Shown here piece by piece: positions 27,752-38,192 of a stretch of DNA of 64,000 nucleotides. The position numbers were made by a program, and so were the translations under genes. Source of the stretch: Escherichia phage vB_EcoP_PAS59; the sequence record OQ921332.1; one strand, 5' to 3'. Every line of letters begins with the position of its first letter. Position 1 is the stretch's first letter. The notes below the pieces were generated by a model, which ran no database searches, was not told the origin of the DNA, and was given only the letters and a program-made list of their open reading frames with translations.

Positions 27752-27972
27752 TCAGAGCGGAACTTACAATACCAGAAGGTGTTACTCAGTTTCATGCAGT
27801 ATGGGAACACAATAACCAAATCTTTGGTTGTACCTTCAAGTTCTTTATTAATGAAAATGGGTCTTATTGGGCTTATTATGTCCCTGAAGATGATATATGG
27901 TCTCGGATTGGGCATCCAAGTCAACACATTCCTTGCCCTGAAACAGCAATGTATTTATTCTGCGTAGTTTAA
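27748..27972 (+). CDS. hypothetical protein
   Basis: ORF only. Confidence 0.35.
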   Translation: MIRAELTIPEGVTQFHAVWEHNNQIFGCTFKFFINENGSYWAYYVPEDDIWSRIGHPSQHIPCPETAMYLFCVV

Positions 27973-27996
27973 TATAAAGTAAGTTAAGGATGACTT

Positions 27997-28647
27997 ATGA
28001 AGAAAAAGACAACACCCACACGCTATCGTATTCATGGCATACCTATTAAATACTACCCAACCTTCGATGAATTCTATCGAGAGAATTGGAAAGTTGTGCA
28101 TAAGTATTTTATGTACGACATTAAAGATTATCACGAAGCAGAGGATGTTGCTCAGGAAGTGTTACTGAACTCTTGGCGTTTTGTATTTGCAAAGCAAGAA
28201 GAACTGCTGCTTACCGATGAAAAAGATATTGAACACATGACTTATCGTGTGAAGAATATCATCTGGTCGATTCGTTCTAATCGACAGACAGTTGGAGACA
28301 GACGTATCTATTCTATTCCAGAGGCTGATATGTTTAGACCTCCCGAGATGAATTCATGGGAAAGTCCTTTAGAGATTGCTATGGATAAGCATGATTCTAC
28401 TGGAGACCCATTCTTGGAATCTAGAATCTTTTTCTTCTTCCAAGACCTAAGTGATATTATGGAAAACCGCAAGATGGCAAGTATGTTCTCAATGCTCTTC
28501 CTCGGTATTCCTCATGATCACATCCAACAAGAGCTGGGAATTTCACACGGAACCTTCTATCGCCGTTATTCGGAGAATCGTGATCTGTATGAAGCGGTAG
28601 TAGAGAAGCACTTTGATAAAGAAGATCTTCAAGGGATGATTCAATAA
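27997..28647 (+). CDS. phage-encoded sigma-70 family (ECF-like) sigma factor
   Basis: Region-2-like '[17 protein letters not shown]' and C-terminal HTH-like '[22 protein letters not shown]'. Confidence 0.5.
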   Translation: MKKKTTPTRYRIHGIPIKYYPTFDEFYRENWKVVHKYFMYDIKDYHEAEDVAQEVLLNSWRFVFAKQEELLLTDEKDIEHMTYRVKNIIWSIRSNRQTVGDRRIYSIPEADMFRPPEMNSWESPLEIAMDKHDSTGDPFLESRIFFFFQDLSDIMENRKMASMFSMLFLGIPHDHIQQELGISHGTFYRRYSENRDLYEAVVEKHFDKEDLQGMIQ

Positions 28648-29243
28648 TGAGTAAACCTTTAGTAGTAATCCTAAATGGACCTCCGGGTTGTGGTAAAGAT
28701 ACAATCGCTAATGCTTGGTTAGAGAAGACAGCTGGTAACACTGAGTTTAGACCGCATGTAAAGGCTTTTAAGGAGCCTATGTATCGGGTGGCTGCTGCTG
28801 CATTAGGTCTCCCTCTTTATGAGTTCATGGAGCTGTACAACGACCGTGAGTGGAAAGAACTTGTCCGTCCTGAATGGGGAGGTAAGTCAGTTCGAGATTT
28901 GATGATTGCAACTAGCGAGAATTATCTGAAGCCTATGTTTGGTGAGACCTGCATGGGTAAACTTGCTGTTAGCAGTATCCAACAACATATCCCATCACAG
29001 AATGATGTTATCGTCTTCTCTGATGGTGGTTTTAGAGCAGAAGTTGAAGAACTAGAGAGACACTTCCATGTTCGAGTAGTTCAGGTTCTCCGCGATGGCT
29101 GCTCCTTTGAAGGAGACTCCCGTTCTTATATTGAAGGAACAAACCTACCAACCTACCTCCTCTTTAATGACCGTTCTGTAGAAGAGGCAGTTGAGGATTT
29201 AGAGTGGATTATTGAAGGGACACGGAGAGATCTCTATGTCTGA
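28647..29243 (+). CDS. P-loop nucleotide kinase-like protein
   Basis: Walker A 'LNGPPGCGKDT' near N-terminus, about 200 aa. Confidence 0.5.
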   Translation: MSKPLVVILNGPPGCGKDTIANAWLEKTAGNTEFRPHVKAFKEPMYRVAAAALGLPLYEFMELYNDREWKELVRPEWGGKSVRDLMIATSENYLKPMFGETCMGKLAVSSIQQHIPSQNDVIVFSDGGFRAEVEELERHFHVRVVQVLRDGCSFEGDSRSYIEGTNLPTYLLFNDRSVEEAVEDLEWIIEGTRRDLYV

Positions 29244-30054
29244 TGTAATCTATCCTGAAGTGGCAATTGTGGATGCAGATGTTCTACGATATGAAGTCGG
29301 TGCTCTTACACAAGAGCATCCTTTTCTAGACACAGGTCGTGTTCCAGTTGATTATGGATTCTTGATTGAACGACTTCAACATAAAATAGATGTAATCATT
29401 GCAAGGTCTGGTTGCGAGAAAACAATCTTTTACTTCAGCGAAGGTGGTAATTTTCGGTTTGATATTGCTAAGCAGCAAGGCTATAAAGCTAATCGACCAC
29501 CGGGAGAAAGACCTCACCACTGGCAAAATGTCAGTGATTACATTAAAGAGAATTACGAATACGTAGAAGTTTTTGGGAGAGAGGCGGATGATGCCCTAGC
29601 TGAAAGACAGAGACGTGATAAGAACACTATCATTTGCACCCGTGATAAAGATTTGTTAATCACTCCCGGATGGCATTACCGTTGGGCTTGCGGGGAGAGA
29701 CAGAAAGAAGTACCTCCTCACTATGTATCAGAGGAAGTAGCATGGCAGAACTTCTTCTACCAGATGCTGATCGGGGATAGCACAGATAACATTCCCGGAT
29801 GCGGTGAGAAGGTTGAAATGATGTGGGGTGGCAATCTAGTAATGCGTCGTAAAGGCATTGGTAGTAAGGCTGCAATCAAACTTATTGAGAAGGTATTCGA
29901 TAAGTGGACTCTTTATCATATTATACGAATGGAATACTATAAAAGGTTCGAGGAAGAAGCAGAAGCTAAGATGTTAGAAAATGCTCGATTGCTCTTCGTT
30001 GGACAAGCTGAAGGTGACCTCTTTGATTGGTCATGGTTAAACAAGGAATGGTGA
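29236..30054 (+). CDS. 5'-3' exonuclease / flap endonuclease
   Basis: 'LIGDSTDNIPGCGEKV...GIGSKAAIKLI' H3TH-type motif, acidic clusters. Confidence 0.65.
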   Translation: MSDVIYPEVAIVDADVLRYEVGALTQEHPFLDTGRVPVDYGFLIERLQHKIDVIIARSGCEKTIFYFSEGGNFRFDIAKQQGYKANRPPGERPHHWQNVSDYIKENYEYVEVFGREADDALAERQRRDKNTIICTRDKDLLITPGWHYRWACGERQKEVPPHYVSEEVAWQNFFYQMLIGDSTDNIPGCGEKVEMMWGGNLVMRRKGIGSKAAIKLIEKVFDKWTLYHIIRMEYYKRFEEEAEAKMLENARLLFVGQAEGDLFDWSWLNKEW

Positions 30055-30542
30055 TCTTGGATAGAGAAGAGTTAAAAAGGCTTCTCAAGTATGATCCAAA
30101 TAGTGGTCAGTTTACTTGGAAAGTTAAGAAAGGTAGGAAGAATGTTGGAGATGCGGCTGGATGCTTTTATGGAAAACATAGATACCGCTGCATCAAGTTA
30201 AATCAAATATTGTATCAATCTCATAGACTTGCATACCTTTACATGGAAGGTTACATTCCTGATTGTGTAGACCACATAGACGGAGACCCTTCTAATAACA
30301 AGTGGTGCAATCTAAGAGAAGCAACTTTAAGTCAGAATCAGTGGAACAGAAAGATCTCTATAAACTGCACTTCCGGAATCAAGGGAGTCTCTTTCCATAA
30401 AAGAGCTAATAAGTGGAGAGCTATTATTGGAGTGTCTGGGAAATCTATCCATCTAGGGTATTATGCAACTAAAGAAGAGGCTGAAGAAGCCCTGAGACTG
30501 AAAAGAGAAGACCTACACTTAGGCTTTCATCGTCACAAATAA
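30027..30542 (+). CDS. HNH-AP2 homing endonuclease (start uncertain)
   Basis: 'LKYDPNSGQFTWK...SHRLAYLY...DHIDGDPSNNKWCNLR' plus 'GIKGVSFHKRANKWRA'. Confidence 0.65.
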   Translation: MVMVKQGMVILDREELKRLLKYDPNSGQFTWKVKKGRKNVGDAAGCFYGKHRYRCIKLNQILYQSHRLAYLYMEGYIPDCVDHIDGDPSNNKWCNLREATLSQNQWNRKISINCTSGIKGVSFHKRANKWRAIIGVSGKSIHLGYYATKEEAEEALRLKREDLHLGFHRHK

Positions 30543-30565
30543 AACTTGGGAATAAGGATATTATA

Positions 30566-30757
30566 ATGGGTAAATTTGACTATCGTTCGTATGATGAAAA
30601 CTTCTCTACTCGCGAATCTCGTAAAGATCAAAAGATTAAGCACCAAGCATTTGATCGTCGCACAGGTCGTATCCCTCGTGCTGATAAAGAATCACACCGA
30701 GTCAATAAACGCATTTGGGAAGACGCTGATATGGATGTAGGTTATGGCGAAAGCTGA
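30566..30757 (+). CDS. hypothetical small basic protein
   Basis: ORF only. Confidence 0.35.
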   Translation: MGKFDYRSYDENFSTRESRKDQKIKHQAFDRRTGRIPRADKESHRVNKRIWEDADMDVGYGES

Positions 30758-31148
30758 GAAGACAAGATGCTCTGGTCAGTGGACTGAAGCACGTTATAAC
30801 TCCTTCATTAAGTCAGGGATTCGTTCTCTGACTAGGAAATGGAAACCTATGTTTGATTCTCTCAAAGAGGCTCAGACAGAACGTAAAATCAACCCTAAAA
30901 CTGGCAAACTGGCAATGCACTATAAGTGTGCTATGTGTGGTAATGATTCTCCTCTTAAAGACGTAGCAGTAGACCATATAGAGCCTATTGTTCCAGTGGA
31001 CCATGAAGCTACTTGGGATGAAATCATCGAGAGGGCTTTAGTTGAGAAAGATGGTTTTCAAGTCTTATGCAAAGAGCCTTGCCATAAGATAAAAACTAAG
31101 GAAGAGAATGATGCAAGACGTGAATTTAAAAAATCTAGAGACTCCTGA
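30744..31148 (+). CDS. HNH endonuclease
   Basis: 'CAMCGN...VAVDHIEPIVP...CKEPCH'. Confidence 0.55.
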   Translation: MAKAEKTRCSGQWTEARYNSFIKSGIRSLTRKWKPMFDSLKEAQTERKINPKTGKLAMHYKCAMCGNDSPLKDVAVDHIEPIVPVDHEATWDEIIERALVEKDGFQVLCKEPCHKIKTKEENDARREFKKSRDS

Positions 31149-31410
31149 AGAAAAGGAAGTCTTTGAATCCATGAACAAGGAAAGCACAAATGATCAAGTA
31201 TCTACGAAACAAGTTCTTCGCTTTAGCTATCGTAATTGGAGAGGCGAGATTGCAGACCGCTCCGTTATTCCTATACGAACCTCAGTTGCTTCTTCCCGTT
31301 ATCATAATGGGGGCAAACCTTGTTGGATAATGACCGCTTGGGACAATGACAAGAATGACATTCGAGAGTTTAAGCTCTCTGATATTATTAAGTATTATGA
31401 TTTAATCTAG
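31108..31410 (+). CDS. hypothetical protein (start uncertain)
   Basis: ORF only. Confidence 0.3.
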   Translation: MMQDVNLKNLETPEEKEVFESMNKESTNDQVSTKQVLRFSYRNWRGEIADRSVIPIRTSVASSRYHNGGKPCWIMTAWDNDKNDIREFKLSDIIKYYDLI

Positions 31411-31418
31411 GAGGTCTT

Positions 31419-31922
31419 ATGAATGAAGAGAAGTGGACCCATTTTCTATACTCCTCTGAATCTCCTTCTGGATTTCTCTGGAGGAGTAAACCAGCCCCTT
31501 TTGTAAAAATAGGAAGCGTGGTAGGTACGAAAAACAAGAAAGGTTATTGGGAAATCAACACCAAAAACTCTGGAAGAATTAAAGCTCATCGGTTGGTTTG
31601 GGAGTACCATAATGGACCTATCCCAGAAGGGTTTTTGGTAGACCACATAGATAATAACCTAGACAACAATACAATAGAAAATCTTAGACTTTGTAATGCG
31701 AAGGAAAGTGCTAGGAATACTAGAGGTTGGAGCAGTAAAAGAGATTCTTTACCTAAAGGTATTCATGACAACTCTCATGGAGGAAAGAATCCGGGATACT
31801 ACCAAGCTCGAATTTACATATCAGGTAAATCTTACACGAAATCTTCATACGATATCTTATATTTACACAGATGGCTTAAGAGTAAAAGAGAGGAACATCA
31901 TGGAGAGTTTAAAAAAGATTGA
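31419..31922 (+). CDS. HNH-AP2 homing endonuclease
   Basis: 'SPSGFLWRSK...AHRLVWEY...DHIDNNLDNNTIENLR'. Confidence 0.65.
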   Translation: MNEEKWTHFLYSSESPSGFLWRSKPAPFVKIGSVVGTKNKKGYWEINTKNSGRIKAHRLVWEYHNGPIPEGFLVDHIDNNLDNNTIENLRLCNAKESARNTRGWSSKRDSLPKGIHDNSHGGKNPGYYQARIYISGKSYTKSSYDILYLHRWLKSKREEHHGEFKKD

Positions 31923-31956
31923 TGAATTCGATGGATTCTAACATCTAGAAATAAAG

Positions 31957-31994
31957 AAGCCCCCTTCCTTTTCAGGTTGGGGGCTTTTCTCGTT
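31957..31994. terminator. putative bidirectional terminator between the convergent blocks
   Basis: GAAGCCCC / GGGGCUUU stem with T-run on + strand and A-run upstream. Confidence 0.45.
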
Positions 31995-34900
31995 TTACTC
32001 CTTAGCTCGAACTCTAACACGGAGTTTAGCTTGACGCTTACTTCTCTCCAACTTGTCAGACAGAGAACCACGTTTGACTTTCAACTCTCCCTCGTCATTA
32101 TACTTCTCCAAGAACTGTAAATACTCTTGTCGAGTAGTTGTCTTGTAAGAAGGAATCTTAGCATTAGGATTCGCTTCAATCACACGTCTAATCTTAGCTA
32201 CATCATCCCTCCCTAAAAGTTTCCCTTTAGCTTGTTCTGCTGTAGAACCAAAGATCTTCTCAAGTGCTCGAGATTTGTTACCACCTGCCGAAGCAGCACC
32301 AAGTTTCGCAATAGCAGAATAATCATCAGCACTAAACCAAGCCACTGGATTATCTCCATAACGTTTCTTGTTCTCAGCAGCAGTCTGTAGAGCACGCACA
32401 AATCGACGGTTGTTACCAGCCTTATCTGCACCATGAACCCTATCTAGAACCTCTGCAACACTCGCCAACTCCTGCAAGTCTTTCCCTTCAATAAAAGCTT
32501 TCTCTGCTTTGTTAGCAAAGTCGTCTTCCTGCTTCTTAATACTTTCAAGAATATCAGAGTTAGCCTGAGATCTTTCATCCTCAGGTAGAGCCGAACGAAT
32601 CTTCTCCATTTCTTTCTCTTCATCTAAAAGTTTCTTAAAGTCAGAATCAACTTTACGAGCATCTTCGATAGCTTTTGATGTTTCTGCATCAAGGTCAGAA
32701 GTTTTCCCATCTGCATCACCAGTTGCCTTAGCAATCTCTCTTTCGATTGGAGTAGCTGTTTCATACTTCTTAACAAACTTCTCTACGTCAGATTCGATAC
32801 GAGCACGAGCATTCTGATGTTCCACTGGAGTCATAGGTTTCTCTAACAAAGCATACCGATTGTCCATATAAGAACCAGCATACGCTTCAGCATCCTCCCT
32901 AGAAACCCCCTTCTCTTCCAAAGTGTTGACTAAACGCTTATGAATGTCGTCACGTTGACGTTGAACTGCCATTAGGTCATTCTCTCGTTCCTGAGCTTCT
33001 TTCAGAGCCTTATCTCTCTTCACTCTAGAATCAATATCAAACCTACGGTTCATTTCCTCAGCCTGTTCATACATCCTATTCCACTTAGCCTCACGAGCAT
33101 CTTCCTCTGCTTCGGTCAAACGACGTTTGCGATCGAGGTAATCACTCTCAGCGTTGTGAATACGTTCAATAATACTACGGAAACGCTCTGGTGGTACTGG
33201 AGAGTTTTTATCATGGTGAGCAGCAAGCTGCTTCAAAGTACGACCTTCCTGAGCTTCTCTGACACTTTCAGGCAATTCTTTGAACATCTTCTCCATCTCG
33301 GACTTCTGAGCCGCTATAGCTTCCAAGGACTGCTTTTCAGCTTCCATAGCTGCCTTGGCATCATTACGAGCCTTAGCTCTGTTACGGAGCGTCTCAAGAC
33401 GTTCTTGACGTGCTTGCAAGTGTTTAGCCGCTGCTTCGTATTGAGAGTTCTTGTTAGCCTTGTTGAACATGTTAACTTCTCGGTTATATGTATTGATAAA
33501 CCCATCCCACACATCCTTCATTTGACCAACTTCCAAAGCCTCAACCCTTCCAGCTTTCTCTGAAGATTTAAACTTACTCTCCACGAAGTCTTCCATAATC
33601 CTACGCATAGCATCTTTCTGAGCAGGACGTAACGGTTCTGCATCAAGCAGTGTACCAATTTCATCCTGAAGCTCTTTCTTCTGATCTACCAGTTTAGGAG
33701 CATCTTTCTTGTCAAAAGCTTTATTCTCTTCCAGAGCCTCTCGATAGAGACGGTCAAATTCATCATCTCTCTGTTTCTGATATAAACGCTCAGCTCTTCG
33801 TTTCAGTGAGTCTAGACTTGTGACGTTTCCACCCAAACCCTTCTCTTCAGCACGTAAAGCCTTAGTAGCAATATCAGAAGGCAACCCACGCTCTTTTACC
33901 CAATCAGCAAAAGAAGAACGAACATGTTGAGACTTAGCAGAAGCAATACCTTGCTGTGAAGCTAGCTGGTTTCTAGCCATCTCTTCATGACGCTGTGTGT
34001 TGTTTGCTTGGTCTTCCTGACGGATACGACGCATAAGCTCTTTAGGGTCTCCTTTATAAGAAAGGAAGTTTTCCGCAGTAGCTTTGGCTTTAGCAGCAGC
34101 CGAATACAAAGAACGAGCAAATCGGTCAGCACGATCTTTTGTTGCCTGACGGGCAGCAGTTGACATAGAAGCCAGACGCTCTACACCGAGTGATGGTTTA
34201 ACAGGCTCAGGAGCCTTCTCAGGAGCTTTGGGCGCACGAGCAGGTAATGGCTCAGGTTTCTCTTGAGGTTCCTCTACGGTCTTCTCAGGAGCTTCTTTAG
34301 CACGTTCTGCTTCCTCTGCTTCTTGACGTTTCTTCGCTTCTGCTACAGCTCTGCGCTGAGCTACTAGTTCTCTTGCTGTCAGTGCTTCTTGCTGTGGTTC
34401 AGGTTCTGGAGTAGTGCTTTCTTGAGCCTGAGCAGCTTCCGCTTCTTGACGTCTAAGTTCTGCTTGTTGTAGAGCACGTCTTTGAGCAACTAAATCTCTT
34501 GCCGTAAGAGGTGTTTCAGTAGGAGCTGGAGAGGAAGGAATTTCTTCCGTCACAGTAGTAGCAGAAGGCTCCTCACGAACCGGTTCGGAAGGGGCATCAT
34601 TTTGGGTACGGAATTTGATGTCTTCTGTGGTTGGTTCTTCTTCCATTTTTGCTCTTGCTTCTTCGGCTTGAGTTCTAGCTCGTTGTACTTCTAAATCCGC
34701 TCTAGCCAAAGAACGAATAGCTTCACTATTAGCTGACTGTTGTTTCTCTCGTTGAGCACGAGCACGATCAGAAGTGAAACGATTAAGTACATACTTAGCC
34801 GCACCAAGAGGATTCTTAACCAAGACAGGAGCTGGAGCTTCACGGAAACCATCATCAGTCAGAGAGGTCCAACCGCGATCTTGGTTGCTCATGAACTTAG

Positions 34901-36440
34901 CCGTGTTATTTAAAGTGAAAGCATCTTGAATAGGATTAAACCCTTCAGGCATACCTTTCAGTTTCTTCAACCCACCAATAGCCTTCTTCATCTCTGGAGA
35001 AACATTATCAGAGAGCTTCTGCAACTGAGTAGCTTTCTCAATGAAGTTATTTAGATCTTCGCCATCACGAGCTTTGAAACGATTTGCTTCGCTGTAGAAG
35101 GTCTTGTAGGCATCAATAAAGTCACGGTCAGCTTGTGTACGGTTCTTAATGTCAATAGCACTACCAGTAAAGTCACCACTCGCTCGGAGAGCTACTAACT
35201 CTCGGTCTAGGTTGTCTAGAACATCAGTAAGAGCCTTGGTGTTGTCTTTAGTGTAGTCAGCCATCGCATCTTTCATTGCTACAGCTTGTTTCTGGTTATA
35301 CTCATTGTCAGCAAAAGCTTTACCTTGAGTCTTCTTAGGAGAAGCTAAAGGATTGAGACCGGGAACGTTAGAACTGTCTTTCTGAACAGTAGCAGCCTTC
35401 TCTGCACGACTTTGGTCTGTATTTAAGATGCGCTGAACAGCAGGAGAATCCATAGCAACTGCATCAGTGATACGGAAACCATTTTCATCTAGAAGATTTA
35501 AAGCAGAAGCAGCATTAGCATTCTCAGCTTTAGAGTAGGCTTCACGAAGTTCATCAGCATTAGCAGCTTTACGAATAGCTTCATCTTCAGCAGCAATATC
35601 AGTTTTAACATGCTCAGGAGTACGGTCAAATACTTGAGGGCTAGAACGACTTATCAATCCATGAACCCCACCAATTGCCCCACCATAAGCAGCACCAAGT
35701 GCACCCTCTTCAATAGCCCCTTCTAAGACATTAGCGAGAGTAGTATCATCCCCATATTTGTTCTGAGCTTCAGCAGCACCTACAATAGCACCACCCTTAG
35801 CACCCGCAACTGCGTTGGAAGCTACGCTCTGTCCTACACGACCAAGAGTCGTAGAAGCTGTACCAGTCATACCCGGAAGGATTTTCTGAGCAGCGTAGTT
35901 AGCACCACCAACAAGAGCAGCATCCAGAACTGACTTGTCTTCGTCTTCTTTTGGAGTTTGGTCAGCATATGCACGACCTGTTTCACGAGCCGCAATAACA
36001 GCAGCAGCAACAGCAGGGTTTGCAACTGTCAAACCAATATCAGCAGCAACTCCAGCATACTGACCAGCTGTTTTACCAAAACCATCTTCTATTTTAGATA
36101 AGCGCTCTTCTAACAATTGCTTGGAGTTCTCTTGAATACGCTTACCGTAGCTTGTTTCTGAACCAGTTAAGTTTTCACCAATCTCTACCAGCCCACCTAT
36201 ACCCCTAGCAGCACTAGCTGCAATGTTAGCACCACCAGATTGAAGAGCGTTAGACACACCTTGAGCAAACTCCCCAATAGCACCTCGTTCTTCTTGTTGT
36301 GGTTGCTCTTGTGGTTGAGTCTCAGGAATAGTGCCCCCTGCTGCCTTGTATTGTTCTCTCATTTGAGCCTGTTGCTCTGGAGAGGCATTCAGATACGCAG
36401 GAGCTTTGGAAGCTTCTTCCCACGATTTTAAATTAGCCAT
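31995..36440 (-). CDS. large internal virion / ejection protein (putative)
   Basis: 1481 aa, Gly/Ala-rich N-terminus, long coiled-coil and acidic/basic repeats; last gene of the late operon. Confidence 0.4.
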   Translation of the reverse strand: MANLKSWEEASKAPAYLNASPEQQAQMREQYKAAGGTIPETQPQEQPQQEERGAIGEFAQGVSNALQSGGANIAASAARGIGGLVEIGENLTGSETSYGKRIQENSKQLLEERLSKIEDGFGKTAGQYAGVAADIGLTVANPAVAAAVIAARETGRAYADQTPKEDEDKSVLDAALVGGANYAAQKILPGMTGTASTTLGRVGQSVASNAVAGAKGGAIVGAAEAQNKYGDDTTLANVLEGAIEEGALGAAYGGAIGGVHGLISRSSPQVFDRTPEHVKTDIAAEDEAIRKAANADELREAYSKAENANAASALNLLDENGFRITDAVAMDSPAVQRILNTDQSRAEKAATVQKDSSNVPGLNPLASPKKTQGKAFADNEYNQKQAVAMKDAMADYTKDNTKALTDVLDNLDRELVALRASGDFTGSAIDIKNRTQADRDFIDAYKTFYSEANRFKARDGEDLNNFIEKATQLQKLSDNVSPEMKKAIGGLKKLKGMPEGFNPIQDAFTLNNTAKFMSNQDRGWTSLTDDGFREAPAPVLVKNPLGAAKYVLNRFTSDRARAQREKQQSANSEAIRSLARADLEVQRARTQAEEARAKMEEEPTTEDIKFRTQNDAPSEPVREEPSATTVTEEIPSSPAPTETPLTARDLVAQRRALQQAELRRQEAEAAQAQESTTPEPEPQQEALTARELVAQRRAVAEAKKRQEAEEAERAKEAPEKTVEEPQEKPEPLPARAPKAPEKAPEPVKPSLGVERLASMSTAARQATKDRADRFARSLYSAAAKAKATAENFLSYKGDPKELMRRIRQEDQANNTQRHEEMARNQLASQQGIASAKSQHVRSSFADWVKERGLPSDIATKALRAEEKGLGGNVTSLDSLKRRAERLYQKQRDDEFDRLYREALEENKAFDKKDAPKLVDQKKELQDEIGTLLDAEPLRPAQKDAMRRIMEDFVESKFKSSEKAGRVEALEVGQMKDVWDGFINTYNREVNMFNKANKNSQYEAAAKHLQARQERLETLRNRAKARNDAKAAMEAEKQSLEAIAAQKSEMEKMFKELPESVREAQEGRTLKQLAAHHDKNSPVPPERFRSIIERIHNAESDYLDRKRRLTEAEEDAREAKWNRMYEQAEEMNRRFDIDSRVKRDKALKEAQERENDLMAVQRQRDDIHKRLVNTLEEKGVSREDAEAYAGSYMDNRYALLEKPMTPVEHQNARARIESDVEKFVKKYETATPIEREIAKATGDADGKTSDLDAETSKAIEDARKVDSDFKKLLDEEKEMEKIRSALPEDERSQANSDILESIKKQEDDFANKAEKAFIEGKDLQELASVAEVLDRVHGADKAGNNRRFVRALQTAAENKKRYGDNPVAWFSADDYSAIAKLGAASAGGNKSRALEKIFGSTAEQAKGKLLGRDDVAKIRRVIEANPNAKIPSYKTTTRQEYLQFLEKYNDEGELKVKRGSLSDKLERSKRQAKLRVRVRAKE

Positions 36441-36476
36441 AACGTCTCCTTATAAATAAAAATGTCCTACCTCCTA

Positions 36477-36485
36477 TATACATTA
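36477..36485 (-). promoter_or_regulatory. TAATGTATA promoter-like element upstream of the 1481-aa gene
   Basis: Plus-strand TATACATTA in the 70-bp gap between 36511 and 36440. Confidence 0.4.
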
Positions 36486-36510
36486 TAAGAGATAGGACTT
36501 AGGTCTTAGA

Positions 36511-38178
36511 TTACTGTAACATCCAACTTGTGTCCGCTGGAGCAGAAGAAAGAGCACCTGTTAATCGAGGATTTGTAGCATCCCCACCAACAGCTGCTTC
36601 AGCTTCACTCTCAAACGTACCGAATGGGTCATAGAAACCAGCAGAAGGAATAGCACGGTTGACAAGAGCTGTCGCTCGTTTCTTATCCATACCAGAGCCA
36701 ATATACGCTTCGATCGTTGCTTTCTTAGCATCCTTAACACCCTTCTCAGCGGAAGTAGCACCAACAGTTGCCTGCTTACGAGCATATGACAGAGCAGCAT
36801 CAGAGGGACGATAACCTGCTTTAAGTGACCATGTATTACCCAACTTAACAAAGATGGACGGGTCTTCTGCAAAGTGGGCTAAGTCATCAGCTTGGAGAGA
36901 ACGGTTAGCACCGATTTCTGCCCTTGCGGAGTTCATAATAGCCTGCATGTAAGCAGAACGAGCAGTTTGGTAATCCTTATCCTTAACAGCTTTGTCTGCC
37001 AAATCCAAGTCCTTATGAGACTGGTTGAACAGACCTGCTTTCTCTGCCCACTGCTTAGCAACTGTACCTTCTGCTGTGTTCTGAGCCAGACGAACTTCTT
37101 TCGGATTGAAAGTAAAGCTCTGAGCAGCTTTCTCTGCACGATCTGCTTTAACTTGATCACGATATCCAATAAGTTCTTTCTGTTTCTCAAACTGAGCATT
37201 AGCACGTTCTTCAGCAGCACGGCGAGTTTCAGCAGCACGCTCCCGCATAGAGTTCTCTTGAATCTGCTGACGTCTATCCCATTCACGGTTAGCACGTTCT
37301 TCATCTTGAGCAGCAAGAGCCATTTTCTCCTGAGGACTAATTTGACGCATTTTAAGAAGAGAAGGATCTCCTGAAGCAATTGCAGCAGCAACCGAGTCTT
37401 GAGAGTAGCCTTGCTCTAACAGAGCGTCACGATTAGCTTCTAACTGTTGTTTAGTTTCATCCTGAGCAGCCAAACCAGAGCCAATCTGGAAAGCTTCAAT
37501 AGGGGACTTACCAGACATAATAGAAAGACCAACACCCATCAACCCTGTATAGAAACTAGACTTCTGATAGAAAGGTTGTTTTTGAAGTTCATTCCAAGCT
37601 TGAGCTGGGTCTTTGGCTTTAGCAACTTCCATAATATCATTATTGATACGCTCTTGATCTTTAGCACGGGTAGCACCAGCCATACCTTCAGGAGCAGGAT
37701 TACTATTAGCTAGAGTATTAATAACGTTCTGAGCCTGTTCCACCTGAACTGGAGAAAACTCTTTATCTGTTTCTTCCAGAGGTTTACGAGGGGGGGTAAC
37801 AGGAAGAGGATCACTAGGCATTAATCCAGCAGCCTGTAAACCTTCATCAGAGGAAAGATCTGGATTAGCCACAGCAGGAGCTGGTTCACCGATATCAATA
37901 CCCTGAAGGCTCGTAGGGGTTCCTTGATTCTCTGATTCCAGAAGTCTCTGTCTGAATCCTGGGTTTAACATAGCCTCTTGATCTTCCTGAGCAGTAGCAA
38001 CAAGAGAAGATAAACCTACAGGAGAGGCAGGAGGTCTCTGACTATACATTGAAACATCAGCAGCTGGGTAAGCAGGTCTTGCCATGTATGGAGAGGCCGA
38101 AGCGGCCCCTTGTTTAACACCATAAATCTGATTTCTTGGGTCTTGACTGCGAAGATACGCATAAGAAGTTTGTTGCAT
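36511..38178 (-). CDS. internal virion protein (putative)
   Basis: 555-aa ORF in the structural block; no motif. Confidence 0.35.
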   Translation of the reverse strand: MQQTSYAYLRSQDPRNQIYGVKQGAASASPYMARPAYPAADVSMYSQRPPASPVGLSSLVATAQEDQEAMLNPGFRQRLLESENQGTPTSLQGIDIGEPAPAVANPDLSSDEGLQAAGLMPSDPLPVTPPRKPLEETDKEFSPVQVEQAQNVINTLANSNPAPEGMAGATRAKDQERINNDIMEVAKAKDPAQAWNELQKQPFYQKSSFYTGLMGVGLSIMSGKSPIEAFQIGSGLAAQDETKQQLEANRDALLEQGYSQDSVAAAIASGDPSLLKMRQISPQEKMALAAQDEERANREWDRRQQIQENSMRERAAETRRAAEERANAQFEKQKELIGYRDQVKADRAEKAAQSFTFNPKEVRLAQNTAEGTVAKQWAEKAGLFNQSHKDLDLADKAVKDKDYQTARSAYMQAIMNSARAEIGANRSLQADDLAHFAEDPSIFVKLGNTWSLKAGYRPSDAALSYARKQATVGATSAEKGVKDAKKATIEAYIGSGMDKKRATALVNRAIPSAGFYDPFGTFESEAEAAVGGDATNPRLTGALSSAPADTSWMLQ

Positions 38179-38192
38179 AATTATTCTCCTAA

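Noticed and set aside
36892-37391. Long ORFs (36892-37374 +, 36933-37391 -) inside the 555-aa late gene
   Set aside because: They lie within or antisense to a much longer gene, have skewed hydrophobic or Leu/Lys-rich composition and no ribosome-binding site; typical shadow ORFs. The same applies to most 60-130-aa track ORFs that overlap long genes.
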